Made by a program: the position numbers and the translations under genes
Shown: piece by piece, positions 1-9,407 of the stretch
Position numbering within the stretch: the stretch's first letter is position 1
Layout: the number at the start of each line of letters is the position of its first letter
From: Candidatus Obscuribacterales bacterium
GTDB taxonomy: Bacteria > Cyanobacteriota > Vampirovibrionia > Obscuribacterales > Obscuribacteraceae
Direction of reading: 5' to 3'
NCBI GenBank assembly: GCA_965228855.1
Contig: CBDDIJ010000002.1
Location: 1,664,001-1,728,000 of the forward strand
Length of the DNA: 64,000 nt
Notes under the pieces: model-generated
The model's input: only the letters and a program-made list of their open reading frames with translations
Told to the model about the DNA's origin: nothing
Databases searched by the model: none

Positions 1-1445
1 GGGTTCTCAGGAGGCGTTCCGGGCTCTAATAAATGTGGCGTGGTCAAATATTTGTAATGGAATATCTTGTCAAGAGAACCCTTGGAGATGGTTGTTGTGC
101 TTTGCAAAAATTCTCGAACGTCGATTTTTTGTGCCCTGGCTGAATCGATGATTTCGATTGCCTTCTGATAGCCCACTTCTGTGGTCAACGCGGCAATTAA
201 TGCCGATGAGCGATCGAGAGTTTCTCTACATTTAAATGTATCTGCCGTGATCTTGATCAAACAATGATGGTTGAAAATGTCGAGCGCCGTTTGAAGCATC
301 GATACGGAAACGAGAATGTTGTCGATGATGACGGGTGTCAATGTATTGTTCTCTAATTGCCCAGCCTGCGCGGCTAAACAGACAACATGATCGTTGCCGA
401 TTACCTGGTAACAAACCATCAATAGCGATTCTGTAAGAGGCGGAATTCCCGTTTTTGGTAGAACATCCGGCCACAATGATGACGGTTGTAGTATGGAATC
501 CGGTAGTTTTATCTCGCCGAAACCGGCTGTAGGTCCAGATCCCATTAAACGAAGGTCGGTCGCGATCTTTGCCAGGTCCGCCGCCAATTCTCTTAATGAG
601 CTTGAAACAGCTACAAAGTCACTCATCGATTGAGTAAGCCGAAAGTAATCATCTGCGGCTCGCAGAGAGAATCCTGTAAGTTGAGAGAGGTGTCGAACGA
701 CGACGTTATGAAAGTCAGGTGCGGTATTAAATCCGGTGCCGACGGAACGACCACCCAGTCCAATTTCCTCAAGGTGATGACTCGCATCCTTGATTCTTCG
801 CAGCCCGTGCTCGATTGTGGAGCCGAAGCAATTGAACTCTTGCCCGAGTGTGATCGGCGCATCGTCGCGCAAAGCTGTTCGCCCGACTTTTACCACACGC
901 TCGAACTCCAGACTTTTACGTCGCAACAGCCGCTCCATCTCAAGTACGGTCGCTTGAAGTTTTTTCGTCGAGGACAAACATGCGATTCGCATTGCCGTTG
1001 TATAAACGTCGCTAGTCGATTGCGACAGACTTACGTGTTTCGTCGCATTTACTGAAACTAAGGATTCAAGCGAGTCTCCGAGGATCTCAGATGCGCGATT
1101 AGCGATCACTTCGTTGATGTTTATAATCAAACCAGAGCCCGCGCCACCATGCACGGCATCAACAACAAACTGCTCGCGCCACTGCCCGCTTAAGATTTCA
1201 TCGCAAACTTGAGTGATTGCCGACACTATCTGTCGAGGAAGTAAACCAAGTTCGCCATTGGTTTGAGCACATGCTTTTTTGACCTGGACGACTGCCTCGA
1301 TTAGCAGAGAATGGCTTGGACGCCCCGTCGCGCTGAAGATTTCGAGCGCACGGCTGGTGCCAATTCCCCAGTAACAGCCGGCGGGGATCGTAACTTCGCC
1401 GAGTTCGTCGGTTTCTATTCGGGCTTGACCTTTGCGGGATGCCAT
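1..1445 (-). CDS. Fumarase/aspartate ammonia-lyase superfamily protein with degenerate catalytic motifs; 3' end runs off the window
   Basis: Not in the ORF track. My translation from ATG 1445 is open to the window edge: MASRKGQARIETDELGEVTIPAGCYWGIGTSRA...GGAGSGLIININEVIANRA...SQSTSDVY...KVGRTALRDDAPITLGQEF...GLGGRSVGTGFN...DLRLMGSGPTAGFGEIKLP...QPSSLWPDVLPKTGIP...QVIGND...GQLENN. It is colinear with AspA/FumC. Confidence 0.9.
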   Translation of the reverse strand, partial: MASRKGQARIETDELGEVTIPAGCYWGIGTSRALEIFSATGRPSHSLLIEAVVQVKKACAQTNGELGLLPRQIVSAITQVCDEILSGQWREQFVVDAVHGGAGSGLIININEVIANRASEILGDSLESLVSVNATKHVSLSQSTSDVYTTAMRIACLSSTKKLQATVLEMERLLRRKSLEFERVVKVGRTALRDDAPITLGQEFNCFGSTIEHGLRRIKDASHHLEEIGLGGRSVGTGFNTAPDFHNVVVRHLSQLTGFSLRAADDYFRLTQSMSDFVAVSSSLRELAADLAKIATDLRLMGSGPTAGFGEIKLPDSILQPSSLWPDVLPKTGIPPLTESLLMVCYQVIGNDHVVCLAAQAGQLENNTLTPVIIDNILVSVSMLQTALDIFNHHCLIKITADTFKCRETLDRSSALIAALTTEVGYQKAIEIIDSARAQKIDVREFLQSTTTISKGSLDKIFHYKYLTTPHLLEPGTPPEN

Positions 1446-1521
1446 TAATTTGTCAGGAGTTTCTGGGACGTGAGGCGCTACAGCATACCCGATTGAAGGT
1501 CTGAAGAGACAAAGCTGACTG

Positions 1522-3081
1522 TCATTTCAATTCTTTAGCAAGGTCTTGTGCAAGGTTGTTCAACTGTGGGGAACGGTCGCGCGCGTCCTCGCTCAAGAGT
1601 GGTGCCAGTTCGTTTCGCGCCTCCTCTTTTGAACCTAGAGCTGCAAGCGAGAGCGCTTTCAGATAAGGCAGGGAGGCGTCGGAGTATCCAAGCGATTCCG
1701 CCTTGCGCAAGTTCTTCAGGGCGTCGTTGTAATCGCCCTTCATTAGCTGCGCCCGGCCCAATTGCAGATGAGCGGCACCGCTGCTCGGGTCGATCTCAAT
1801 TGCTTTTTGATACTCGATAATCGCGTCTGGTACGAAGTTCAATTTCATGTACGAGTTTCCAAGATTCGTGCGAAGCTCGGCTGAATCCATACCAACGGTC
1901 TTGGCGCGCTCAAGGCTTTCCATGTAGTCCTTGACGGCGCGAGACGGATCGCCGGATTCGTCGTACGCGAGACCTCGATAGAAGTACACGGAGAGATTGC
2001 GAGGTCTTAACTTCACTGCTTTATCCAGGGGCTCGACTGCGAAGGCGGGGTTGCCTGCAGAAATCAGTTGACGTGCCGAGCCTACGTTTTTCAAGAACTC
2101 CGTCATGTTGTCACTGGGGGCGTCTGAGCCGTTCTGGCTGTTGAAGGCTGCAGCCGGAGGAGCCGGGCGCTGAGTTTGGTTTAAGTTTGAAAACGGCGGC
2201 GGCTGTTGAGAAAACTGCTGGGGCGGCTGGGTTTGCGCGAAGGGACCAGGCGGCTGTTGTGGGTACGGTGCAGGAAACTGCCCCGGCGGTTGACCCTGAG
2301 AGAATGGCGGCATCGTTTGCTGAGGCGGATAGCCTTGCTGAGCGGATGGCGGCATGGTTTGCTGAGGCGGATAGCCTTGCTGAGCGGATGGCGGCATCGT
2401 TTGCTGAGGCGGATAGCTTTGCTGAGCGGATGGAGTTTGTTGATAGAAAGGGCGTTGCACGGGATACGGCTGTTGATAGCCGTAAGCTGGTTGATTGGGA
2501 TAGCTCTGCGGCCGGGGCGCGCTCTGGAAAGGAGCTAGTGGCGCTGGTTGCCCGAGCTGCGCGTATGGTTGTCCGGGATAGGATTGACCGGAGAATGGCG
2601 GCGGAGGCTGTCGTTGATAATTTGGCGGCGGTGGAAACTGAGAAGCATAAGCAGGCGGATATTGCCCATAGCCAGGCGGCGCCTGATTTGGTGCTGTCTG
2701 GACTGCTGGCGGCATTGTTGTTTGACTGGGAGCCGGAAGCGGTTGTTTACTCTGAAGACCAGATTGCATCTCAGGTTTAGCGCTCGGTGGTCCACCTTCC
2801 GGTCCGTTCTCGACACTCGGAGTTTGGGGCTCAAGTTTCTCGGCGCCTTTTGAAACAGGCTTTACCACGGGCTTGGCGGGGGCGGTTGGTTTCACCGCCG
2901 CCGACTTTGCAGAGCTTGTCGAAGGCTTCGCTTCGCTTTTGCCGGTTGCTGGTCGTGCCTTCTCTTTAGTTGGTGGCACAGGTTTCGCGACGGCGCTCAT
3001 CTGCGCATGAGCGTGATCTGAGACCGCGCAGAAGGCCGCGGTCACCGAAGTCATGAGTGCTAGTAATTTTTTCGTCAACAC
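1522..3081 (-). CDS. Exported protein: signal peptide, long Pro/Gln-rich disordered region, C-terminal TPR repeats
   Basis: Signal peptide ending AHA-Q; PQ-rich tract; TPR motifs YFYRGLAYDESGD, LRTNLGNSYMKL, AHLQLGRAQLMKGDY. Confidence 0.85.
   Translation of the reverse strand: MLTKKLLALMTSVTAAFCAVSDHAHAQMSAVAKPVPPTKEKARPATGKSEAKPSTSSAKSAAVKPTAPAKPVVKPVSKGAEKLEPQTPSVENGPEGGPPSAKPEMQSGLQSKQPLPAPSQTTMPPAVQTAPNQAPPGYGQYPPAYASQFPPPPNYQRQPPPPFSGQSYPGQPYAQLGQPAPLAPFQSAPRPQSYPNQPAYGYQQPYPVQRPFYQQTPSAQQSYPPQQTMPPSAQQGYPPQQTMPPSAQQGYPPQQTMPPFSQGQPPGQFPAPYPQQPPGPFAQTQPPQQFSQQPPPFSNLNQTQRPAPPAAAFNSQNGSDAPSDNMTEFLKNVGSARQLISAGNPAFAVEPLDKAVKLRPRNLSVYFYRGLAYDESGDPSRAVKDYMESLERAKTVGMDSAELRTNLGNSYMKLNFVPDAIIEYQKAIEIDPSSGAAHLQLGRAQLMKGDYNDALKNLRKAESLGYSDASLPYLKALSLAALGSKEEARNELAPLLSEDARDRSPQLNNLAQDLAKELK
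2304..2433. repeat. Intragenic 42-bp tandem repeat, 3 copies, encoding (P)SAQQ[GS]YPPQQTMP
   Basis: Unit atggcggcat[c/g]gtttgctgaggcggatagc[c/t]ttgctgagcgg starts at 2304, 2346 and 2388. Confidence 0.95.
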
Positions 3082-3248
3082 TTGGATTTACAGTATCTCA
3101 AATGGCTGGTTGCTGCTACCAAACCGTTTCCATCGATTTCGCTCAAGACCTCTCTTTGGGTCGGGCGTCCGATTTTTAACTGGCTTCAGGAACGGTCCGT
3201 ACATAAATTCTTACACATGCTAGCCTTTCAACAATTTAGAATTCAGGC

Positions 3249-3563
3249 ATGGGGCTGGAAGACGAAATTCAATGTATCGAAGGTGGGCAGTCGCACTGCA
3301 GCCAGTGCCAGCAGCCGCTTTGCGTGCGTAAGCAGGTCATCAATCTCGCTTTAGGTAATGTGGATGCAATGTTTTGTCTCGACTGCCTGGGCAAGGACAG
3401 CGACCGCGAGCCTCTGGAAGTGCTCACGGGCGTCAAAAGTTACGTTCTTTCGCGTCCGTGTTTCAAAAAGGAATGGGTGAAGTATCCTGATCGGACTCAC
3501 TGTCCGCAGCCGCAGAGCTGCTTTTCGGAAGCGTGTTTCGAAGACGACGATCAGGATGAGTGA
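3249..3563 (+). CDS. Small Cys-rich protein (10 Cys), putative Zn or Fe-S binding
   Basis: CSQC, CLDC and CPQPQSCFSEAC motifs; acidic tail; directly upstream of the TusA-like gene. Confidence 0.7.
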   Translation: MGLEDEIQCIEGGQSHCSQCQQPLCVRKQVINLALGNVDAMFCLDCLGKDSDREPLEVLTGVKSYVLSRPCFKKEWVKYPDRTHCPQPQSCFSEACFEDDDQDE

Positions 3564-3587
3564 GTTTTCACATGGTTGAGGTTTCAG

Positions 3588-3815
3588 ATGGCTGATTACG
3601 AGCTGGATTTGCGTGGCGTCGCCTGTCCGATGAATTTCGTTAAGACAAGACTGTTTCTCGACAAGATCGCAAGCGGTGATGTCGTCAAAGTTTTACTGGA
3701 TGCCGGTGAACCTTTAGAAAGCGTCAGCTCAAGCATTGAGAGCGAAGGTCATAAGCTCGAGGAAACCGTGAAACTTTCGGACGAGCACTTCAGTCTAATG
3801 ATTCGCAAGGCTTAG
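3588..3815 (+). CDS. Sulfurtransferase TusA/SirA family sulfur carrier
   Basis: LDLRGVACPMNFVKTRL with the CPxP-like motif; 75 aa; ATG 3588 preferred over TTG 3576. Confidence 0.9.
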   Translation: MADYELDLRGVACPMNFVKTRLFLDKIASGDVVKVLLDAGEPLESVSSSIESEGHKLEETVKLSDEHFSLMIRKA

Positions 3816-3979
3816 TTGGCTGACCGATAAGGTCGAAACCAGGCAAGGCTGAGCTCTTTAGTCTGTTGCGTTAAGTACCTTGTTGACAAATCCCCGAAAA
3901 ATCAACTATAACCGACCCTTATCCGCTGGATTAGAGCCCGTTCGGGCGAGAGATTCCGAGTCGGTCTAGAATCATTTGC

Positions 3980-4660
3980 ATGCGCAGAAAAATTTCTACT
4001 AATAATGTTTTGGTTGCAACCGCGGTGTTGGTTGCCTTGAGCGCGCCAGCCGCGTTTGCACAGGGCGCGACGACCGCGCATGCTCACATGACGCCGGAAG
4101 AGGCTCGCCGACTGGCTGACAATGATCCAGCCAATCCAAAGCTCAAGTTTCAATACGCTGAAGCTCTTCGTCACGCGGGTAAAACCAGCGAAGCTCTCAA
4201 AGAGTATGTTCAGGTTACCGAGATGGATCCCACGAACTATGTGGCTTATCACCAGATAGCGCTGGCGTCACCGGATGCGAAAACTCTGTCCGAATCTATC
4301 AAGCGTTTGACGCACTTGATGTCCGACAAACCCAAAGAGCTGATGCTGCGTGTCGCGCTTTCAGAATTGCTTGAAACCGACGGAGAATACTTCCAGGCCT
4401 CAAAGGTGCTTGTGGACCTGGTTTTCGATAATGCGGTCCCACCTAAATTTACTGCAAAGGTAAACAGTCGTATTCGTTTCCTTCAATCAAAGGCGCGCGG
4501 TGAGCACGCCAACCGCAAAGTCGCGGATACGCATCATAAGACGGATAACGCGCCGCCGCTTCCGTTGCCCGAAGAAAACCTATCGCGTGGTTTGTCCGCC
4601 TCGCGCCTTGAAAAGGGGCATGAAGTCGACGGTTTTGGACATTCACTCCTGCAACACTAA
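3980..4660 (+). CDS. Exported TPR-repeat protein
   Basis: Signal peptide ending AFA-Q; TPR-like helices FQYAEALRHAGK...DPTNYVAYHQIA. Confidence 0.8.
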   Translation: MRRKISTNNVLVATAVLVALSAPAAFAQGATTAHAHMTPEEARRLADNDPANPKLKFQYAEALRHAGKTSEALKEYVQVTEMDPTNYVAYHQIALASPDAKTLSESIKRLTHLMSDKPKELMLRVALSELLETDGEYFQASKVLVDLVFDNAVPPKFTAKVNSRIRFLQSKARGEHANRKVADTHHKTDNAPPLPLPEENLSRGLSASRLEKGHEVDGFGHSLLQH

Positions 4661-4675
4661 AGTTTCTAAACTGAG

Positions 4676-5437
4676 ATGGCGATCATGAAAAAACAAATTT
4701 TGAAAACGCCAACTCTGCTAGATCGACAATCCATGCGAATCCTGGGTGCTCTTTTGGCGCTGACGGCTGTTACTGGTTGTCACGGCAGTTTTGATACCGA
4801 GAAGTTGTCGAAGGTCGAATATGCAAAGAAGGCGCCGTATGAGACTCCTGATGCGCCTTCCCAGAGACCTGTCGTTGGGTCCGATCCTTCCAATGCGTCT
4901 CAGGTTTCGGCTGAAGCGAACATGGCAAAGGAACAAGCCGTTGCGAATGGTTGTCTCGCTGCCTGGCGCAAAGCCTATCGAGACAAGGATGAAGAGGGCT
5001 CGATGAAAATGCTTGAGGAGCTGGACAAAAAATATACCGGCATCTCGACAGTTCAGTTCATGATGGGGCAAGTCAAAGACTATTTCCATAAGCCCGAAGA
5101 AGCGCTGGAGCACTACAAGCGCGCCCACAGCACTAATGAGTTCAGCTCCATGCAGACATTCAAGCTCGCGGAAGCTACTCGCAAATCCGGAGATGCTAAG
5201 GGTTCGATCGTCTACTACAAGAAACTGCTTGAGAATCTCGACCGCGCCACCACCGATTATTCGATGTCAAACATGGAGCAGCTACGCTCTTCAGTGCGGC
5301 TTGGTTTAGTCAAAGCGTATAAGGACTGCAAGCAGAACAGCGAGGCGAAAGCTGAGCTCGACAAAGTTTTGAAAGTCGATGCAAATAATGCAGAGGCTAA
5401 ATCGCTTCTTAAGGAACTCGAAAATACCCGGAAGTAA
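4676..5437 (+). CDS. TPR-repeat lipoprotein
   Basis: Lipobox-like LTAVTGC; TPR helices FMMGQVKDYFHKPEEALEHYKRA and VLKVDANNAEA. The true start may be 4685 or later. Confidence 0.75.
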   Translation: MAIMKKQILKTPTLLDRQSMRILGALLALTAVTGCHGSFDTEKLSKVEYAKKAPYETPDAPSQRPVVGSDPSNASQVSAEANMAKEQAVANGCLAAWRKAYRDKDEEGSMKMLEELDKKYTGISTVQFMMGQVKDYFHKPEEALEHYKRAHSTNEFSSMQTFKLAEATRKSGDAKGSIVYYKKLLENLDRATTDYSMSNMEQLRSSVRLGLVKAYKDCKQNSEAKAELDKVLKVDANNAEAKSLLKELENTRK

Positions 5438-5495
5438 GCGGCTTCTGTCGTACAATTAATCTCGAAGGGCACAGTTGCATTCGGGGGAGTTACCG

Positions 5496-6626
5496 ATGGT
5501 CAAAGAGATCGTGGAGCACCAGGCGGAAAAATCTGCCGTGGAAGAAATCAGAGTTGACGGTTTCGACCATACGGAATTCTATGTAGGCAATGCTTTGCAG
5601 GCTTGCTACTACTATCACCACGGATTTGGTTTCGACATCGTTGGATACAAGGGGTTAGAAACCGGTCACCGCGATCGCGTTTCCTACGTGCTCCAACAAG
5701 GTAATGTCAAAATTGTTTTGACAGGTGCTTTGAATGCTGACAGTGACATCGCTGAGCACGTACATCGGCATGGTGACGGCGTTAAGACGATTGGCATGAA
5801 GGTGCGCGACGCCAGGCTTGCTTATGAAACTGCCATCGCCCGCGGTGCTAAGAGTTTTGCTGAGCCGTCCGAAGTTACCGATGATTATGGCACCATGGTG
5901 ACTGCATCTGTTCACACATACGGTGACACCATCCATACTTTCGTCGATCGCTCGAACTACAGCAAAGAAAATTTCGCTCCTGGTTTTAAACCGATTCAAG
6001 GTAAAGCTGATGGTGGCGTCGGGCTTGCCGCCATCGATCACGTAGTTGGAAACGTAGAAGTGGACCGCATGGAGCACTGGGTTGATTTCTACAAAAAGGT
6101 TTTCGGATTTTACGTCTATCAATACTTTGACGCCAACGACATCTCGACGAAGTATTCGGCGCTGGTATCGAAGGTGATGGCAAACAGAACCGGCTCCATC
6201 AAACTTCCGCTCAATGAACCAGCAGTCGGAATTCGCAAATCTCAGATTCAAGAATATCTGGACTATTATCTGGCTCCCGGTGTTCAACACATCGCTATTG
6301 CTACCCGCGACATCATTAAGACAGTCGGAGCGTTGCACGAGCGTGGCATCGAATTCCTGACCGTTCCCCGTTCATATTACGATGCGCTTCCGGAGCGCGT
6401 AGGCGAAATTGACGAAGATATTGAAGAGCTCGCTAAGCTCGGTATTCTTGTTGATAGAGAATCAGAAGGTTATCTGCTTCAGATCTTCACCAAGCCTGTG
6501 GAAGACAGACCGACTTTGTTCTTTGAAATTATTCAACGCAAAGGCGCGCATGGTTTCGGCAAAGGAAACTTTAAAGCGCTGTTTGAATCGATTGAGCGCG
6601 AACAGGCTAATCGCGGCAACCTCTAG
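5496..6626 (+). CDS. hppD: 4-hydroxyphenylpyruvate dioxygenase
   Basis: DHVVGN, SQIQEYL...GVQHIA, GYLLQIFTKP.DRPTLFFEIIQR, GFGKGNFKALFESIEREQ motifs; GGGGGAG RBS before ATG 5496. Confidence 0.97.
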   Translation: MVKEIVEHQAEKSAVEEIRVDGFDHTEFYVGNALQACYYYHHGFGFDIVGYKGLETGHRDRVSYVLQQGNVKIVLTGALNADSDIAEHVHRHGDGVKTIGMKVRDARLAYETAIARGAKSFAEPSEVTDDYGTMVTASVHTYGDTIHTFVDRSNYSKENFAPGFKPIQGKADGGVGLAAIDHVVGNVEVDRMEHWVDFYKKVFGFYVYQYFDANDISTKYSALVSKVMANRTGSIKLPLNEPAVGIRKSQIQEYLDYYLAPGVQHIAIATRDIIKTVGALHERGIEFLTVPRSYYDALPERVGEIDEDIEELAKLGILVDRESEGYLLQIFTKPVEDRPTLFFEIIQRKGAHGFGKGNFKALFESIEREQANRGNL

Positions 6627-6727
6627 GTACTTCTGGATACCTCTAGAGCGCTAGATACTTCTAGATCTCTAGATAATTTTAGATGTCTAGATACCTCTAG
6701 ATACGCGTCTTAGAGCTAAAGACGTCT
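6623..6727. repeat. Intergenic degenerate 18-bp tandem repeat (10+8 nt sub-units) built on CTAGA
   Basis: Units at 6633 ctggatacct-ctagagcg, 6651 ctagatactt-ctagatct, 6669 ctagataatt-ttagatgt, 6687 ctagatacct-ctagatac; half unit at 6623; five TCTAGA sites in 6642-6701. Confidence 0.85.
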
Positions 6728-6836
6728 ACAGCTAAAAGCGCTAACCGACAGCGAAAAAACTCTAGGGTAAATCCCTCTTGATAACCTGGTGCGACCGGAT
6801 TTAATCTGGTCGCACACTTAGTATTCGAGGGCAAGG

Positions 6837-9407
6837 ATGTCGAATTCGGCACGGTGGCTCCCCGGTTTAAACAAAGCGCAATGGCTGATCTGGGTTTCGA
6901 CCATTGCTTGCATGCTGTACTCGAAACAGACGTGCTCAATCATGATGCTCGTCATGCTTTTTCTGGCCGCTGAGGACTGGAAAACGAGGGCGGCGCAATT
7001 CCGTGAGCGCGCCCATCTCTACATGCTCGTGCTGTCGGGAGCGCTACTCGCGTCGGCGTGGCAGCGACCGATTGCGGTTATTGCCGTGTACATGACCCTG
7101 AGTTGGATTCACCTTCATTTCCACAAGAAGGCGATGGCGAATCGAGATTACGCCTGGTTCTGCGAGCACCTCTTGAGTCTGTCGGCGCTTCGCATGCATT
7201 GCCTGGCGATTTTCGTTGCTGTTTGCAGTTACAGTTGTCACGAGTTTACCGCGCTTCTTCGAAACAACAGCGATCACCCTGCCTCATTTGCGCTTACGAT
7301 TCTCGGCATATTTACCCTGACACTGAGCGCTATTCCGGCTGCCCTTGCGGTTTCGCTTTTCTGGCGGGAGCAATTGCTCGACCTGATTCGTTTCTCCCGC
7401 TTCTCGCGACTTTGCCAGGCGCTCTGGCTGGATCTTACGTTTTACTCTTTCGCCGTTGCGCATCTGGTGATTTTACTGGCCGTGATCTGGATCCCTGGTG
7501 GGCTCGGTGAGCAGATCGTCAATTGGTTGGCAGCGTGCTCTCTTGATGCCAATCTCAGCTGGCTGCCCGTTGCCTGGCCCACGCAATCGAGGGGTTTGGA
7601 ACCGGTGGTAGTGCCGTCCAGTTTCGATTTGCACTTCTATTTGAAGGTCGCTGCCAGTGCGATTTTTACAAGCGTCTTCATGCCGGCAATAGTTTCGAGT
7701 TCCGCGTTTTGCACTTCATTTGCCCGTCGGTTTCGGTTCACGTGCGGAGCGCAGACCTGGGCAGAAACATTTATAGAGGTACTGCGGCAGCCTACTCAAA
7801 AACTCAGTCTGAAGCTTGGGTTGCCATGGCTGCATCATGCAAGAACCACATTACTATGGTTGATGTTCTGCTATGCGCTTCTGTTTTCGTTTGTTGCTTT
7901 TACGCCGGGACCGCTCGGAGAGGCGGTCTTGCAGTCACTCGATCAATGGTTTTTCGAAGCTGGCTTTCGCGCGCTGGCTGTTTATGACAATCCGGAATTG
8001 CGACTGTTTGGAGCATCAATCGTTGCCATGATTGGTATGGTTCCGCTTGCTGTGATGAGTTGTTCATTCTTACCCACGATGAAATCAAAGGTCATTTCGT
8101 TAAGTGCTGATGGAATATTGTTGCCGCGAGGACCGTTTCTCAGCCTCGGCTTTCGTCCGATGCGGAGCTGGAGCGACGTGCGCTCTGTTTCAATCAGGCA
8201 GTTTGTTGGTGAAACGCGACCGAACAAACGCACGCTAATAATCTCCTTCTTTTCCGGTGGCGCAATCAGACTGAAGCTCCATCAGCTTTCTGGCAAGGAC
8301 ATGTACGAGCTGCTAAGCGCTATCGACGAGCATGCAGATGATTGCGTGATTGCGCCTGAGGCTTTGGATTTGAGGAACAGCTTGTTCAACGAGCATGGCG
8401 CGCGCGCTTTGCCTGAGGAAGGTCGATTGCGCAATTTGGATGCTGAAAATTTCAGGTCCACTGTATTCGTACCCTACGAAGTAGGACAGAAGATACCGAA
8501 CACTGAGATGCGCGTTGTTCGCCAACTTTCGACGAAGCCGCTGTCAGCCGTTTATCTTGTCAGACGAGGAGATGGCAAGCTTGTTGTGGTTAAACAATTT
8601 TGTTTTCCGGATGGTGTCGCAAATGGTGCCACGCAAGCCAAGACCAGCTTGCAAGTAGAGCGCATGCGCAAGAACTTTCTCAATGAATTTGAGTTACTGA
8701 GCCGTATAGACAACTGCCGGATTGCAAAAGTATTGGAAGTGTTGGAACTCGGTAGCTCCAATCTGTTGGTCCTCGAGTTCGCCAGCGGTCGAGATTTGAG
8801 GGATATAGTCGAACGCGATGGGGTTCGCAGTGAGGCAATCGTGTTGGATATCGCCAGGCAGCTAGTCGATGTGATGACTTATCTACACAGTCAATCCACA
8901 CCCGTGCTGCATCGCGATCTGACTCCGGACAACCTGATTCTGGATGACGAACGAAACTTGCGACTCATTGATTTCGGCGCTGCGCATCAGTTTCTCGAAG
9001 GTATCACTGGAACTTTGATAGGCAAGCAGTGTTATGTGGCTCCCGAGCAGTTGCGTGGCGAGCCCTCGGTCAGGAGCGATATTTATTCATTCGGTTGTAC
9101 ACTCTATTTTCTTTTGACTGGCGAAGATCCGATTGCGTTGACGCAAAGCGATACCGGCGAAGAGTCTTCTGTTTCACGCGCCATGCGTACTCTCATTCTC
9201 GACTGTACGCAATTTGACGAAAGCGCGCGGCCTGGTTCGTTTGCTGAAATCCGCGCCCGTTTAGATCTTATAGAGGATGCTGCATCGGGCGTGGTATCGC
9301 TCGAAGATCAAGGGCATTGGCTCCGACTACCAGACGAGGATTCTCTAATCGCTGTTTCAAGCGGCGTGGAAACTTCCAGCGGTTTGAAAAGAGGAGAAGG
9401 CGCGTGA
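6837..9407 (+). CDS. Multi-TM membrane protein fused to a C-terminal Hanks-type Ser/Thr kinase lacking the Gly-rich loop
   Basis: Hydrophobic N-terminal half; VVVKQF, HRDLTPDN, DFGAA, YVAPE, DIYSFG; the P-loop position reads QLSTKPLSAVY. Confidence 0.9.
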   Translation: MSNSARWLPGLNKAQWLIWVSTIACMLYSKQTCSIMMLVMLFLAAEDWKTRAAQFRERAHLYMLVLSGALLASAWQRPIAVIAVYMTLSWIHLHFHKKAMANRDYAWFCEHLLSLSALRMHCLAIFVAVCSYSCHEFTALLRNNSDHPASFALTILGIFTLTLSAIPAALAVSLFWREQLLDLIRFSRFSRLCQALWLDLTFYSFAVAHLVILLAVIWIPGGLGEQIVNWLAACSLDANLSWLPVAWPTQSRGLEPVVVPSSFDLHFYLKVAASAIFTSVFMPAIVSSSAFCTSFARRFRFTCGAQTWAETFIEVLRQPTQKLSLKLGLPWLHHARTTLLWLMFCYALLFSFVAFTPGPLGEAVLQSLDQWFFEAGFRALAVYDNPELRLFGASIVAMIGMVPLAVMSCSFLPTMKSKVISLSADGILLPRGPFLSLGFRPMRSWSDVRSVSIRQFVGETRPNKRTLIISFFSGGAIRLKLHQLSGKDMYELLSAIDEHADDCVIAPEALDLRNSLFNEHGARALPEEGRLRNLDAENFRSTVFVPYEVGQKIPNTEMRVVRQLSTKPLSAVYLVRRGDGKLVVVKQFCFPDGVANGATQAKTSLQVERMRKNFLNEFELLSRIDNCRIAKVLEVLELGSSNLLVLEFASGRDLRDIVERDGVRSEAIVLDIARQLVDVMTYLHSQSTPVLHRDLTPDNLILDDERNLRLIDFGAAHQFLEGITGTLIGKQCYVAPEQLRGEPSVRSDIYSFGCTLYFLLTGEDPIALTQSDTGEESSVSRAMRTLILDCTQFDESARPGSFAEIRARLDLIEDAASGVVSLEDQGHWLRLPDEDSLIAVSSGVETSSGLKRGEGA

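Noticed and set aside
232..1055. ORF-track ORFs 232-474, 623-862 and 630-1055
   Set aside because: They are shadow frames of the aspartase/fumarase-like CDS at 1-1445.
2304..2433. 42-bp repeats as a CRISPR array
   Set aside because: The copies are contiguous with no unique spacers, lie in frame inside a Pro/Gln-rich CDS, and no cas genes are present.
6643..6727. Bona fide MetJ operator
   Set aside because: Only one perfect AGACGTCT is present, spacing alternates 10/8 rather than strict 8, MetJ is essentially gammaproteobacterial, and the flanking genes are not met genes.
9317..9403. N-terminal extension of the second kinase (and similarly of hisC 18403-18510 and LRV 56444-56554)
   Set aside because: These extensions overlap neighbouring genes or promoter regions, and better starts with an RBS or coupling exist downstream.
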